Assembly (NCBI GenBank): GCA_001179505.1
Contig: CDMY01000770.1
Location: 124,001-188,000, forward strand
Length of the DNA: 64,000 bases
Origin: Vitrella brassicaformis CCMP3155
Lineage: Eukaryota > Protista > Chromerida
Direction of reading: 5' to 3'
Part shown: positions 49,701 through 61,100 of the stretch, in pieces
Numbering within the stretch: position 1 is the first letter of the stretch
Layout: every line of letters starts with the position of its first letter
Program-made: the position numbers and the translations under genes
The notes under the pieces: generated by a model
The model's input: only the letters and a program-made list of their open reading frames with translations
Databases searched by the model: none
Told to the model about the DNA's origin: nothing

Positions 49701-51138
49701 GACAGCAAGCCAAGACAACATCGCCCTTCCTTGCCCTGTTCGTTGTCTTTCTGTCTGCCTGTCAGGTGACCTACTTGCTAGCAATGGCGTCGAGAGAGCG
49801 ATGCTGATCTCCGGCAGTGCTGTGTGGCCATCTAGAGTGGGAGCCACGTCGCTGAGGGCACTCGATATGCCCCCCAAGACGGCCGGCTGGGTCACTCTCT
49901 CGACGAAGTCGCCCACTTTAACGACATACACACAAGACCCCCCTGCACACACAAACGCATACCATACAGGGAGGGATCGATGGCCTGGTGCATATGTACC
50001 TGCGTGGTACACATACCTAGGAATTCCTCTAGCAGCAGAGCGATGAGTTTGGTGAAGGCTCCCACCTTGACAGACGCCGCCCACTTGTCTGCAGGGGTTG
50101 CACTGGTGGACGTGAGGACGTCCACGAACTGGTCTGCATAGACAAAGACGTGCTTCTGGAGTGCGCCCACAATTGCAGCGTCGACCTCGCTTGGCCGCTC
50201 TGCACACACAAGCACAGACAACCATACATTCACTGATTCATTGCCATCAACAACGCGCTCGAGCAACGGACTGACTGAATGACTCACCTTTGACCAGCAC
50301 CTGACGCACGAATCCATCCATCTTCTTCACAAGCTCAAAGGTCGGCAAGCACTCGCTGGGCGGCATGGCCATCAGTCTGTGGAATGACGCCAGCCTCAAG
50401 GACACCAGGGCGGCCGACGGCTCTGCTCCATCCAGCAGCTCCCCGATGAACTCCATCATCACCACATCCGGAGCAAACGGGGGAGTCCACGGCGCATCCC
50501 TGACAATGCACATGTCACGAAGCAGGGCAGCCAGTCGAGTCAACGACCTATGTCCATCCTTCCATCCGTCCACCCGTCCACCCATTGGCACTGACCTGTG
50601 TGCAGCCATGTCGTCGACCATGTGCAGGAAGTCCATGTGGTTGGCCACCAGATGCCCGTGGAAGTCCTGCGTCCTGTCGACCGCCCTGCCGTACTGGAGG
50701 ATCTTGCACATGAGCGCCCTGCCGTACTGGAGGATCTTGCACATTGAGATGACCAGGCGCCCTTATGAGGCCGACCGCAGCCGTCAGCAGCCTCTGCGGC
50801 GACCCCTCGCGGGCGATGAGTGCTTTGATGAAGGCATCCCGAACGGCAGGCTGGGTGCCGCCGCTCCCCAGAGATGCTGCGATGATCAGTGCCATGTCCC
50901 TGCGGTGGGGCGGGGCCGCGGCATCCATGACGCAGGTCCACACGAGACGCGCTAGAGGGGCGGGGCTGCTGCACCGGGCACGGATGCGCAGGAGAATGGC
51001 CATATTGGTGGTGTCATTGCCGGCTGCGTTAGTGGCAGCGAGGGCATCGAGGCGCTGCTCGAACGCCGTCCTGCTGTCCGTCGACGCGAGAAGGGCGTCC
51101 ACTTGAGCTGCCGAATCATCAGACGGCAGGGTGGTCAT
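46788..51138 (-). CDS. Large lineage-specific helical-repeat protein with low-complexity C-terminus; 3' end uncertain
   Basis: Chain of ORFs separated by typical introns (MTTLPSDD..., LTRLAALLRDMCIV..., IVGALQKHVFVY..., LALFNRIEKEEDKRYE..., KKKRPNNKKKGKGGG...). Frame discontinuities near 50760 and near 47520. Confidence 0.6.
50682..50744. repeat. Tandem duplication with 33-bp period inside a coding exon
   Basis: CGCCCTGCCGTACTGGAGGATCTTGCACAT occurs twice with 33-bp spacing (MCKILQYGRA x2 on the minus strand). Confidence 0.95.
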
Positions 51139-51258
51139 CTCTTCAAGATCTGCTGAACAATTGCTGCTGAACAGGTTGCTCTGCGCCAAAAGGCGTTGTT
51201 ACGGACCAACCGAATGAGCTAAGCTGTGGTTATCCATCTGCGGGCCGCCACATTCACC

Positions 51259-51427
51259 ATTTCCTTAACACCAGCAGCAGCGATTTCAGGGAGCACCCGA
51301 GGCGGCCTGGCGGCCAAGTCCCCTGTTGGTCTGTCCAACATGAAAACACGCCCCCTAACATGCAACCCGGACACGCAACACGCAGCACGCAGAGGGCAGA
51401 TGCAGCAACACATATTTCCTTAACACC
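51259..51427. mobile_element. Candidate 141-bp insertion flanked by 14-bp direct repeats; one end shared with 26989-27055
   Basis: ATTTCCTTAACACC at 51259-51272 and 51414-51427; the shared core starts just inside the left repeat in both copies. Confidence 0.5.
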
Positions 51428-51763
51428 CGTTGCGAGCTAAGCAGGCGCGGAGGGGATTGGAGAGGGTGTCTAGCATCCCTGGCGGTGCCACACCATGAAC
51501 GGGACAGTCAGCATGATTCATAAATTTGCAAGGAGGCCCTGACTGTGTTTCAGGTGCCAGCAGTGTGGCAATTGCAGTGTGGGTGGCGGACGTGGTCGCG
51601 GTGCGCTCCTCCACTCGTGAGCATCCCTACTGACGCCTCTATGTTATGATCTGCGCCCTCACAAGCAGCTTCGGCCGTCCCCACCGCCCCTTTTCGCCTC
51701 GCCCGCACCAACCATCCACCGGTAGCATCGACAGTGCGGGACGAGCCCACATTCCACACGACC

Positions 51764-52456
51764 ATGGAGAGCTTCGCTGTGTCTGCGGGGAGCCAGCGGA
51801 AAGGCGGCGCCACCCGCCAGAGGGCTGCAGGAGTGACTGACAAGCACGTGGCTGAAGACTACGATTCCAAGATAAGGAAGAAGCGGCGAGAACTCGCCAA
51901 ATTCATCACGTAAGGCAGGGAACAATCATCATAATATGACGACAGCCGTGCACTCCAGAATTGTCTTGTATGCGGTGCGTGTGTGACTTCCTCCCTTAGG
52001 GAGAACTTCTGGGATCTGCCCGACACGTACAAGTTCGGCCAGTCCCGCTCCGTCATCGTCGGCCTGTCGTGCCTGGCCTTCCTCTTCCCCGCTTACACGC
52101 TGTGGTCCGTCGACCGGCCCGAGAGCGTCCTATGGGTCGTCACGGCAGCGCTCTCCCTGGTGTCCGACTATTTCATCACTGGGCAGCGGAAGCAGCGGTG
52201 GAAGCGGGCGCTGCATCTGCTGGATCGCTGGGTGGGGGCGGCCAACTTCCTGTTCCAATTCTTGAGGCTGCCGTGGTTCCTGATGGCTGGCTACCGACCG
52301 TTTTGTGTCGCTTGCTGCGGCGTGGTGGGGTCGTTTCTGTGCAAGCAGATGTCGTGGGGCGTCCACACGTTCGGCGAGTATGTCGTCTGGCACTCTGTGT
52401 GGCACTTTTATGCGTCGGCAATGAGGGGGCTCGTGGTGCTGCTGGACCACATGTAG
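51764..52456 (+). CDS. Small multipass membrane protein with CREST-like S..D / HxxWH motifs, 2 exons
   Basis: MESFAVS...AKFIT / ENFWDLPD...; several hydrophobic segments; SLVSDY, LLDRW and VVWHSVWHFY. Confidence 0.7.
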
Positions 52457-53110
52457 CCCATGTCTTAGAATCCTAGATGGACAGGGTGTGTGGTGCAGTA
52501 TGGGGATGTGGTGAGAGTATGTGTATAGGTAGCTTACGTAGGCCACATTTTGATGCACATGCGTGATCCCTCGGACACTTCCGTCGGCGGCCTTTATCGC
52601 CGCTGCATGTGTGTGCGTGTCGAGCAAGCCCACTTCGACTCATGCTCATCATTCATCCGTTCAATCATCATCCACACGTACGTCAATCACGTGCACAGAC
52701 CAACAGGAACGAACACCGCACGATCGAGTGCATTGTAAAGTGCGTGTATTGTGTGAAACACTCACTCACATGTTGTCATGTGGACGGACGTCCGTGCGAC
52801 GCGACATGCACATATGCACGCACATACATGGATGGCATGGCTCCATGGAAATCAAGATAATGCGATACATAGGTACGTCATAATCTGACCATCTCACGCA
52901 CACGCACAGACACGCACAAGTGGGTCATTTGCCCAACCAACCGACCCCTTCGTCCCCCACCCCCCTTATGCACATCCCCCCGTCTGTCTGTCTGTCTGTC
53001 TGTTTGCCCTCACTTATCCCACTGGCCGCCCTTTGCAGTATGGCAGGCGGATAAAAGCCCCCCTACGACCTGGCTGCGCGTGTGGCACTGCGTGAGTGGT
53101 TCGATCTTCA

Positions 53111-55344
53111 TCACATGTCAGGTGCCTCCGATGAGGGCACCTCGTACTCGGGTTTATCGCACCAGTCGGCCCGCACAGCCGAGTGCTCCAAGATGCGCTG
53201 CAGCCAATACGGGCCCAGCTGCTCTGCCTGCACCCTCACACACACATACACACACAGAGAGAGAGGCAGGCGCTCATCTGTGTGTTGTGTGTTGGTGGGC
53301 TCGTCTGTCTCCCTCACCGCTCGTTTGTAGAGTGTGAGCATGAAGTGGACGTCGTGTGCGGCGTAGACGAGAATGACGAGGTTGAGGGGCCGCTCCTGGA
53401 ACACCTCGTACCGCCCTCCGTTGTCCGGCTCAAACAGATTCTTACCCATCTCGTTGATCTTGTGCGCAAACGCCTTCACCACAACACATCACATCACAAA
53501 CAATTTCCGCCATGTGGGCCTGTGTGTGTGGGGGGGGCATGGCAAGGCGTTCCCTGACCTTTTCGGCGGGTGAGAGTGCGTCTGATGAGTTGAGCATTTT
53601 GAAGAGGCCTTTGACGTACTTGACGGGCACGTTCTGACTGCGTCGAAAGGCTACCTCAGCCTGCACAATACATTCACACACACACACATGCAGCGATGAT
53701 GTGTCACGGTTTGTTCCATCCTTTCGTGTGTGTGTGTGTGCCTGACGGACGGACCAGCTGGAGGCAGAAGACAGACCTCACGCGCACTTGGAACTGGTGG
53801 AACAACGCATCCACGTCATTTCTGAACCAACAAACACACAGCACACACATTCACAGGCCATAGTGGAAGAACAAACATGCTTCTCTCTCTCTGTGCCTGC
53901 CCTGCCCTGCCCTGGCTGCACACGTACCTCGGGTCGAACCAGACTTTGAGGACGGCCGGGTCAGCGAGAATGCTCTTGAGCGATGTGCCGTTTGGCGACG
54001 ACACGTCAAAGACCCTTGGGCCCATGCTATACACATCCACCACCCACGTGGTCCGCGGGTCGCCCGCGTAGCAGAACTGCGCCAGGCAAAGCTGCCCGTA
54101 CCGACTCAGCTTGACGCCCTCCAAATCACACGCTATCACAGGGTGCTCCTGGATGCGCGGCCGCGGCAGGGGGAACGGGGTGGTCTCGCCAGGGCCCTGC
54201 TGCTGTCCTCCCCCCTGGCCTCGGGCTGCACTCTGGCTCATGCTCAGGGGGGTGGGGCTGGCGGAGGCGGTGGGGAGGCATGTGGGGGGGACGGAGGAGG
54301 GCATGTGCAGCAGGTGGGAGCCGATGTACTGCTCCAGCCGCACCAGGAACAGCACCAGCGAGGCGTGGTCGTTGACCAGCCGGATGCGGAAGTCCGACTG
54401 CGCGAAGCCCGGCTCGTCGGGCCGCACATGGACGTTGACCGAGCCGCCCTCCTGCACCGAGAAGTGGTTGAAGAAGCCCAGGTGGCGCATGCGGTGTGCC
54501 TCGGTGTTGGGCATGACCGACTGGCTCTGCAGGTAGTGCAGGGCCACCTGGGCCGCTGCTGCCTTGAGCTCGGCCAGGCGGTCGACGACTGTGGCGGTGA
54601 GGAGCTTGGGTGAGTCTGCGAGGGGGTAGAGGTCGTGTGTCTTGGGCAGTAGGGCCGCCACGAAGGATGCGAGGTGCCGGTCGTGGCTGGTGAAGGAAGC
54701 CACGAAGTGGTAGATGAACTCCTGGACGATCTCGCGCTGCCGGTGCGGATGCGCGTGCACCGACGGCACCAAATTGTTGCGCGCGTCATCAGTCGCCTGA
54801 CAGATCAGATCGACAGACAGACAGACAGACGGACAGATGGATGCAAAAAGAAGAAAGACTCATGCTATGCTTTTCCCTTCATCCCCAGCTCGCCCACCTG
54901 TGTGTCGAGCGCGCCCTCTCCAAGCAGTCTGTTCATGCCCTCGCAGCGTCTCTCGAGGAACTTGGCCATGCACTCGCCCAGCTGCGCCTTGAGCAAAGCG
55001 TCGTGGCCCAGCACGGGGTATATCTCACTCGCAGCCGCGCCATCCGCGGTCACCGCGTCGACCAGCCAGTAGGTGAGCCCGACAGTGTCCTCATCCAAGA
55101 GCACCTCGCGCGCGATTTCCAGGGCATGCGGCCAGATGATGTACGTCAGGTTGTTGGGCACCGAAGGGGCGGGGATGGGGGGCGGGGTCAGTCGTGTGGC
55201 GGATGACAGGGTGGGGGGAGGGATGAGGGGAGGTGGGGGTGCGTACTGCTGCTGCGATGGCGGCTCGCCCATGCCCATGTGGGGCATCATGCCAAGGGGG
55301 TTGGCGTAGAAGCCGTTGTGTGGTTGCGGATACCGTTTCATCAT
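53111..55344 (-). CDS. DEDDy 3'-5' exonuclease, EXD1/Egalitarian-like, with long N-terminal extension
   Basis: Exo I VIACDLEG..LSRYGQLCLAQ, Exo II KVWFDPRNDVDAL, VFCLQLAE, Exo III RPL...ILVYAAHDVHFM; exon phases are consistent. Confidence 0.85.
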
Positions 55345-55587
55345 CAGATTGGCTGAGGGCAGTGGACAGCAGGGTCTTGGGCTGATGGACCGACTCGTGT
55401 GGCAGAGGAGCATGCACCAGCTGCCCCACAAGTGCCGAGGAGGCGAGGAGGCCTGGCCTCGCAACACAGACTCACTCTTATCGATTCATCAACTGCTACA
55501 TCCACTGGTTCTTGGACCGAAAGCAGCTTGGGTAGGCTGTGAGAACATCCAGGCTCCAAACAGGCTCCTGATTGCTCCTGATTTCCC

Positions 55588-55610
55588 AAGCTCGCAGAAA
55601 ATTGCGAGCT
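55588..55610. promoter_or_regulatory. Inverted pair AAGCTCGCA-N6-TGCGAGCT in the exonuclease/membrane-protein divergent spacer
   Basis: Read directly from the sequence; same motif as in other upstream regions. Confidence 0.45.
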
Positions 55611-55661
55611 CAAAAAGATAGGAAGGGACAGCAAAAGGGAAAGGACTCTCACGTCATAATC

Positions 55662-57617
55662 ATGACGTCCCCGGCAGCTGCCTGTTGTGCTGCCAACCGA
55701 TACCCTCCTTCAAACCGCTTCTCCTCGCTTGTCTTGCGGCTCGCCGGCTACCTGCAGTCCCTGTTCGTGGCCGTTTGCCTCGAAACCCACGCCCTCGTGT
55801 TGCTGGCCTCCCAGTATGTTCCCCCGCTGGTGTGTCACGGCATCGATTGGGCTCACCATGACCCTCTGGTTGGGTTCGGCTTCATTTGTCTATTTCTCGG
55901 CCTGGCTCTCTGGGTGACGCTGGTGCTGCCGGTGCGCGTGGCAGTGATAGGCGGGATGGTGGCTGTTGGGTGTGCGGTGCTGCTGGTGAGGGGCGGGATG
56001 TGGGTGAGTGCCCACGGGGTGAGGGAGATGGTGCCAACCTGGATGGACGAGCTCATGATGAGGTGCAGCGTCATGGACATCGTCGCACCTCTACTGCAGG
56101 TAGGTAACAAAGACAGACAGACTGACTGACTGACACGAAGACAGACAGCGTGGCGTTATGGTGATGGTCTGTCTGATATGTTTGCTGGTTGTCGTTTCCT
56201 GTCGTGTGATGTGATGCGATGTGTGCAGAACGGCGCTTTGCCCTTCTACGTTCTGCGTTTTTGGATAATCGTCTTCCTGCACCCCACGGAGCACGAGCTC
56301 ACTGCCGTCCTCGAGGGCAGCGACCCCCTCTTCCTACGGCTGCTCGCCACGCGAGGCCTCGTACACCTGCTGCCCCAGTTGGTGCAGCGCATCTACGACC
56401 CCAACACACACGCGGGGCCGCACCACATGACGCCTCCCCCATCCCCCTTGCCATTGCCAGCTCTCGCGCCACCGCCGTCGGCCCCCCCGGCTGCTGCGCC
56501 CGCGGCTCTAGCAATACGAGCCCCCCGCGTCAACGAGGAGAGACGGGAGCTTAGAGCGGCATTCGAGCAAGAGAAGGCAGAGACTCATGGCGAGAAGCAC
56601 AAGACCGTCAGGAGGCCGGAGGGTCTGCGTGACAGGGCCGGCACCGGCGGAGAGGGGTCGGAGATGGTGGTGGTCAAGGAGGCCATGAAAGAGATGGAGG
56701 AGCTCAGCGAGTCCGATGGGAGCCCGCCCATCAGCTCGGACACGGGGGCCATCGCTATCCCAGAGGAGAGGAAACAGACCAAGAGGCCACCGCACGTACG
56801 CACAACATCTGGCGACCACGAGCGTGAGCACCAACAGCAGAGCACTGAAGCCGGCCCTGCCGCGTCAGCAGCATCAGCAGCGGCCGATTATTCTGCTCTC
56901 GCCAGACGGCCCGAGGACAAGGCAGCAGTGAGGGGTGCAGGCTTCTATGGCCAAAGGCCCGACCCGTGGGCCCTCGGGTTCCGGCTGCTGGCGGGTCGGC
57001 TGGTGCGTGACCCAGGCATGAACTACCTGGTGGTGAGGGTCAAGGAGCACATGCTGCTGGGCTCGATCTTGGCCACCACGCTCACGGGCCTGCTGCACCT
57101 CCGGAGCATGCGCAAGCTCATGAAGCGGGTGCCACTGCTGCCACTTGGCTGCGCCCTGACGTCGGTGTACCTCTATGTGATCACCTACCGACCTTTCTGG
57201 GGCGCCCGGCTCGCCAGGATCGTGGCCAAGATGCACCGGCTGCTGATGGGCCTGCGTGTGGTCGTGTGGCTCCGGTCGTTCTTCGAGCGTGTGAGGGACA
57301 CGGCCTTCCCGCCACACCCCTTCCCCGGTGCTGCTGTGCCATCCTCTGGAGAGCGTGAGTCGGGCCCGTCCCCATCTGTGGGGCTGTCGCCTTCGGGGAG
57401 CTTTTACAGCACGGCTGACACCGAGCGGGACGTGCAGAAGGCCGTGGAGCGTTGGGGCAGGCAGGACAGGAAGCGACGCAGGCGGCGTCCAGCGGTGGAT
57501 GACATTGATGAGGGTGGGTCTGCTCAGCCGTCGATGCTGTTCGAGCCCAATCTGCAGAAGTGCGGCGAGCTGCTGCAGGATTTCGCGTGGAAGCACTGGT
57601 CTGCTCTGAGGGACTGA
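55662..57617 (+). CDS. Uncharacterised multipass membrane protein, 2 exons
   Basis: Hydrophobic N-terminal exon (GFGFICLFLGLALWVTLVL...), a GC-rich 464-codon second exon with further TM segments (MLLGSILATTLTGLL; LPLGCALTSVYLYVI); stop at 57615-57617. Confidence 0.72.
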
Positions 57618-58193
57618 ATGACGGGTGGGGGGCAATGGGGGGAGGGGAGGGAACTATCGCTCTTGTGAGGTTGCGTGTACATATTTATCGCTTGATCCTG
57701 TGCGCCATGCGTCTTTTTGGCTAACTTGCTGTCTGCCTTTCTGGACATGATGCCATCCCATGCAGTGCCCACTGGTCTTTCCCTTTCTTTGGTTCCTGCC
57801 TGATTTGTTACCGCTCGAGTGATGGATTTCTTGCATGCCTGCAGACCAGATGACGGACGGATGATGGGACAGACTGACTGGCGCGTGTATACTATGCATC
57901 GTATCGACGTCAACAGACGTTGTTTGACACGGTCGATTGACAAAGAGCAAAAGAGCAGTCGCACCTCACCTATCTGCCTATGACGCACACACGCTCACGC
58001 AGCTCAGCTCAGCAATCTGTCCACGGACAGACGAAGAAGCAGGGGATGGATGGATGGATGCTATCAATCCATAGCACAGACAAGAGAGCGCTTCCATGGT
58101 GTCAAAGCGAGGAGGATTTGGTGGCCAGCGAAGAGAGAGAAACGTCCCTATGCCTTACTAGCGCCAAGAGCGAAAAACCACCAACAATCGGAG

Positions 58194-61100
58194 TCAGAAG
58201 AAGCCCGCAGCAAGGGAGGAAGCAACGAAAATCAGTACAGCATAGAGCAAGAAAGAGACATCAGCAAGGCGGCTCCCCTCAGCCATAAATGCGTCAGCCA
58301 GAGGATCTGCACACACAACACACCAACACACACACATGAGACACACACGCATGCACGCACAGAGACACGTGTGTCGACCTTCACTTGGGTCGATGAAGAA
58401 GCCCAGGGCCCATCCCTCCTCAGTCATGATGTCGTTGCGGTAGAAAGCCAGATGCCACACCGACCAGGAGGGAAACGGCTCGGGATGTGTGGCATTCGGC
58501 ACATACAGACTCGGGTTCTTGACCTGCACCCTGAAGCAGTACCGCTGCTCGTTGATCAGCTCACCAAACCCGAAATACACAGAAAGCGAGGTCTCGTGAC
58601 ACATAATGGGGTCGTTGAGGATGGGCAGGCCGTGTTCCTCCCACTCAGGCTGCAGCGTGACATTGAGGTCAGGGTCGTACAGGTGGGGCTGGACGTCATG
58701 GAACGAGTGGACACGAGCCATTTGGACGGGAAGGGCGTCGATGGCGATGCCGAGGTTGCGGTTGACGTCGAAGGGGTCGGTCCTGTTGATGGCGTGCGTC
58801 CTGTTGGCGCACGGGAAGGTGAACCCGGGGGGCGCCTGTAGGTCGGCATGGCACAACGGCACAGGAGGGACATTGTCTTGTCTTGTTCTTGTTTGCTTGG
58901 GTGGTTGGGTTGCCTACGTTGAGTACGAAGTGGTGCAGCACGTTGGCGGTGAGAACGGAGTGCGTCCTGAAGGTCACTGTGAGGTGGTGGATCACGTCAG
59001 CTGCACGCCTGCTGGGCGTCACCTCAAACAACGTCACGCCACGCTCAGTCGGCGTGTAGCCGCCGATATCCTAAAGGACCAGCCACGAACGATGCATTCA
59101 TTGTCGGTGTCTGCGTCTCTCTCTGTTGCAGTACATTGGTGGCGTGTATGAGGTCGTCTTTCTGGTCTCTGAGTTTGACGCTCCAGTAGTTGTCGCGTTG
59201 GTTGAGGCCATACATCTCGAAGTCCTCAAAAGACAACGGGTACACACGAATGGCGAACTGGTAAGGCTTGTACGCCTGTTATACGGGATGGATGAAGAGA
59301 CATTCAGGACAGTCACCCACCAGCCCCCCATGTCTCGCTCGCGGCCTACCGTGAGTGTGTCGCTTCCCGATAGCGTGATGATGGTGATCTTGTTGGCTCC
59401 GCGGCATGCCGTGGCTGGTGGGAGGTTGCCCCGCTCAAAGATGTCGTTGGAACAGAAGATCCCGAACTGCAGAGGCGACTCGACCACAATGGTCCCTGCA
59501 TGCACCCATCCGAGCAACCGACCGACAGGAAGGATTGCATCCATGTGTTGTGTCCAGAGATCGGTGCTTGCCTGATGGGGGCACGCTGAAGGGGCTAAAA
59601 AAAGAGATGAAAGCTTTCGAATCGTCAGGCTGAGGCAAGGAGGGAGGAAGGGAGACATGCACGAGGACCGATGGGGGGACATGTGAGCTGCTCGGCACAC
59701 CGCAGCCAGTCAATCTTCTTCCACTTACGCCGAACATTCTGTCGGAGACGGCCAAGTGGACGGGCAGCGCAATCAACTCAAACGCAGAGGCAGTCCTGCC
59801 ACGAGACACAAACAACACAATGCGACCAGAATAATACAGATGCACACACCAAATGTGTGGATTGGGGGCTGTGGCAGGTTCGTACGTCTTGTGTACAAAG
59901 TTGGTTTGATCATCGTCCTTGTGGCTGAAGAAGGTGAACTCCCCATCCGGATCATAATTAGCCGCATTCTTGACGCGAAGCAACACACTGTACTCGACGA
60001 ACGCCTTCAATGGGTACGCAACCTGCGACACATCAATCAATCCATAAAGACACTGCAAAAGATTCGAAGGGGACACCTTGATGACAGCAGTGTTCAGGGA
60101 CTGCAAAGGCGCGGCACAGCTCTGCGCCCACGGCCCTCCACTGGGGTCTCCGTCCGGCAGCCCCGGGTCAGGCAGGGGCGACAGTATGGGGTACTCCCAC
60201 ACACAGCAGGGCTCGTCTGGTGCAATGATGATGGGTGTGGGGAAGCCCGATGCTGCGGCTGGGACCCGACCCCTGGAGACCATGAGGATGGCTGCCAGGG
60301 TTGGGGTCATTACAGTGATGCCCACGAGGTGGTTCTCGTAGGCAAAACAATCCAGGGTCGAAAACTCATAGCCCAGAGGAGCCCTGACACGGACAAAAGG
60401 ACAGGTAGTTGGTTGAAGTGTTTAGAGTCATGCAATCAATGCATTGGTGTGTGTAGCTTACACACTTGATTCTGATTTGCAGTCCTCGTCTCTCTAGGGG
60501 GCTGGCGAGAGTAAAGTTGACCTGTATGACGTTGTCGTCTTCGGGGTAGTTGCTTTTGAGGCTGAAGAGCTCGAACTTGGTCACCGACCCCTGCAGCTGG
60601 GGACCCTCCCAGTCGCCGTCGTTGTTGTACAACGCCTCGCTGACGACATGCGGCACGATCCATCATTTACCTTTGATGTCCCTCTGAGCCGGTCACTCCC
60701 TCACGTACTCACCCGTCAGCCGTGTCGACGGCGATTTTCCACTTGTTGAGCTCGGGGGTCAATGTCGGGTTCATCACACGCACATGGAAGGTGAAGTTCT
60801 CCCCAGCCTGCAGACAGAATGGCTGATTGAATGGATACACCTGTGTCTCCTCCCCCTCTGTGCGTCGGCTGACGGACTGACATACCGATATGACGTCGGG
60901 CACGATGACCTCCAGGCTGGCGTGGCCCGTCCCGTTGTTGAGTAAGGTCACATTGAGCCCGTCGCTGTCAGCATCGGTCACATTGGGGAAGCCACTGCCG
61001 GGGAGGAAGGCAGTCTCGTCCCAAAAGTTGTAACCTGATGAATAAAAGAGTTGATCCAATGCAGGGAGACTCCTGTGTGTCTGGGTGGCGGGTGGGTGGC

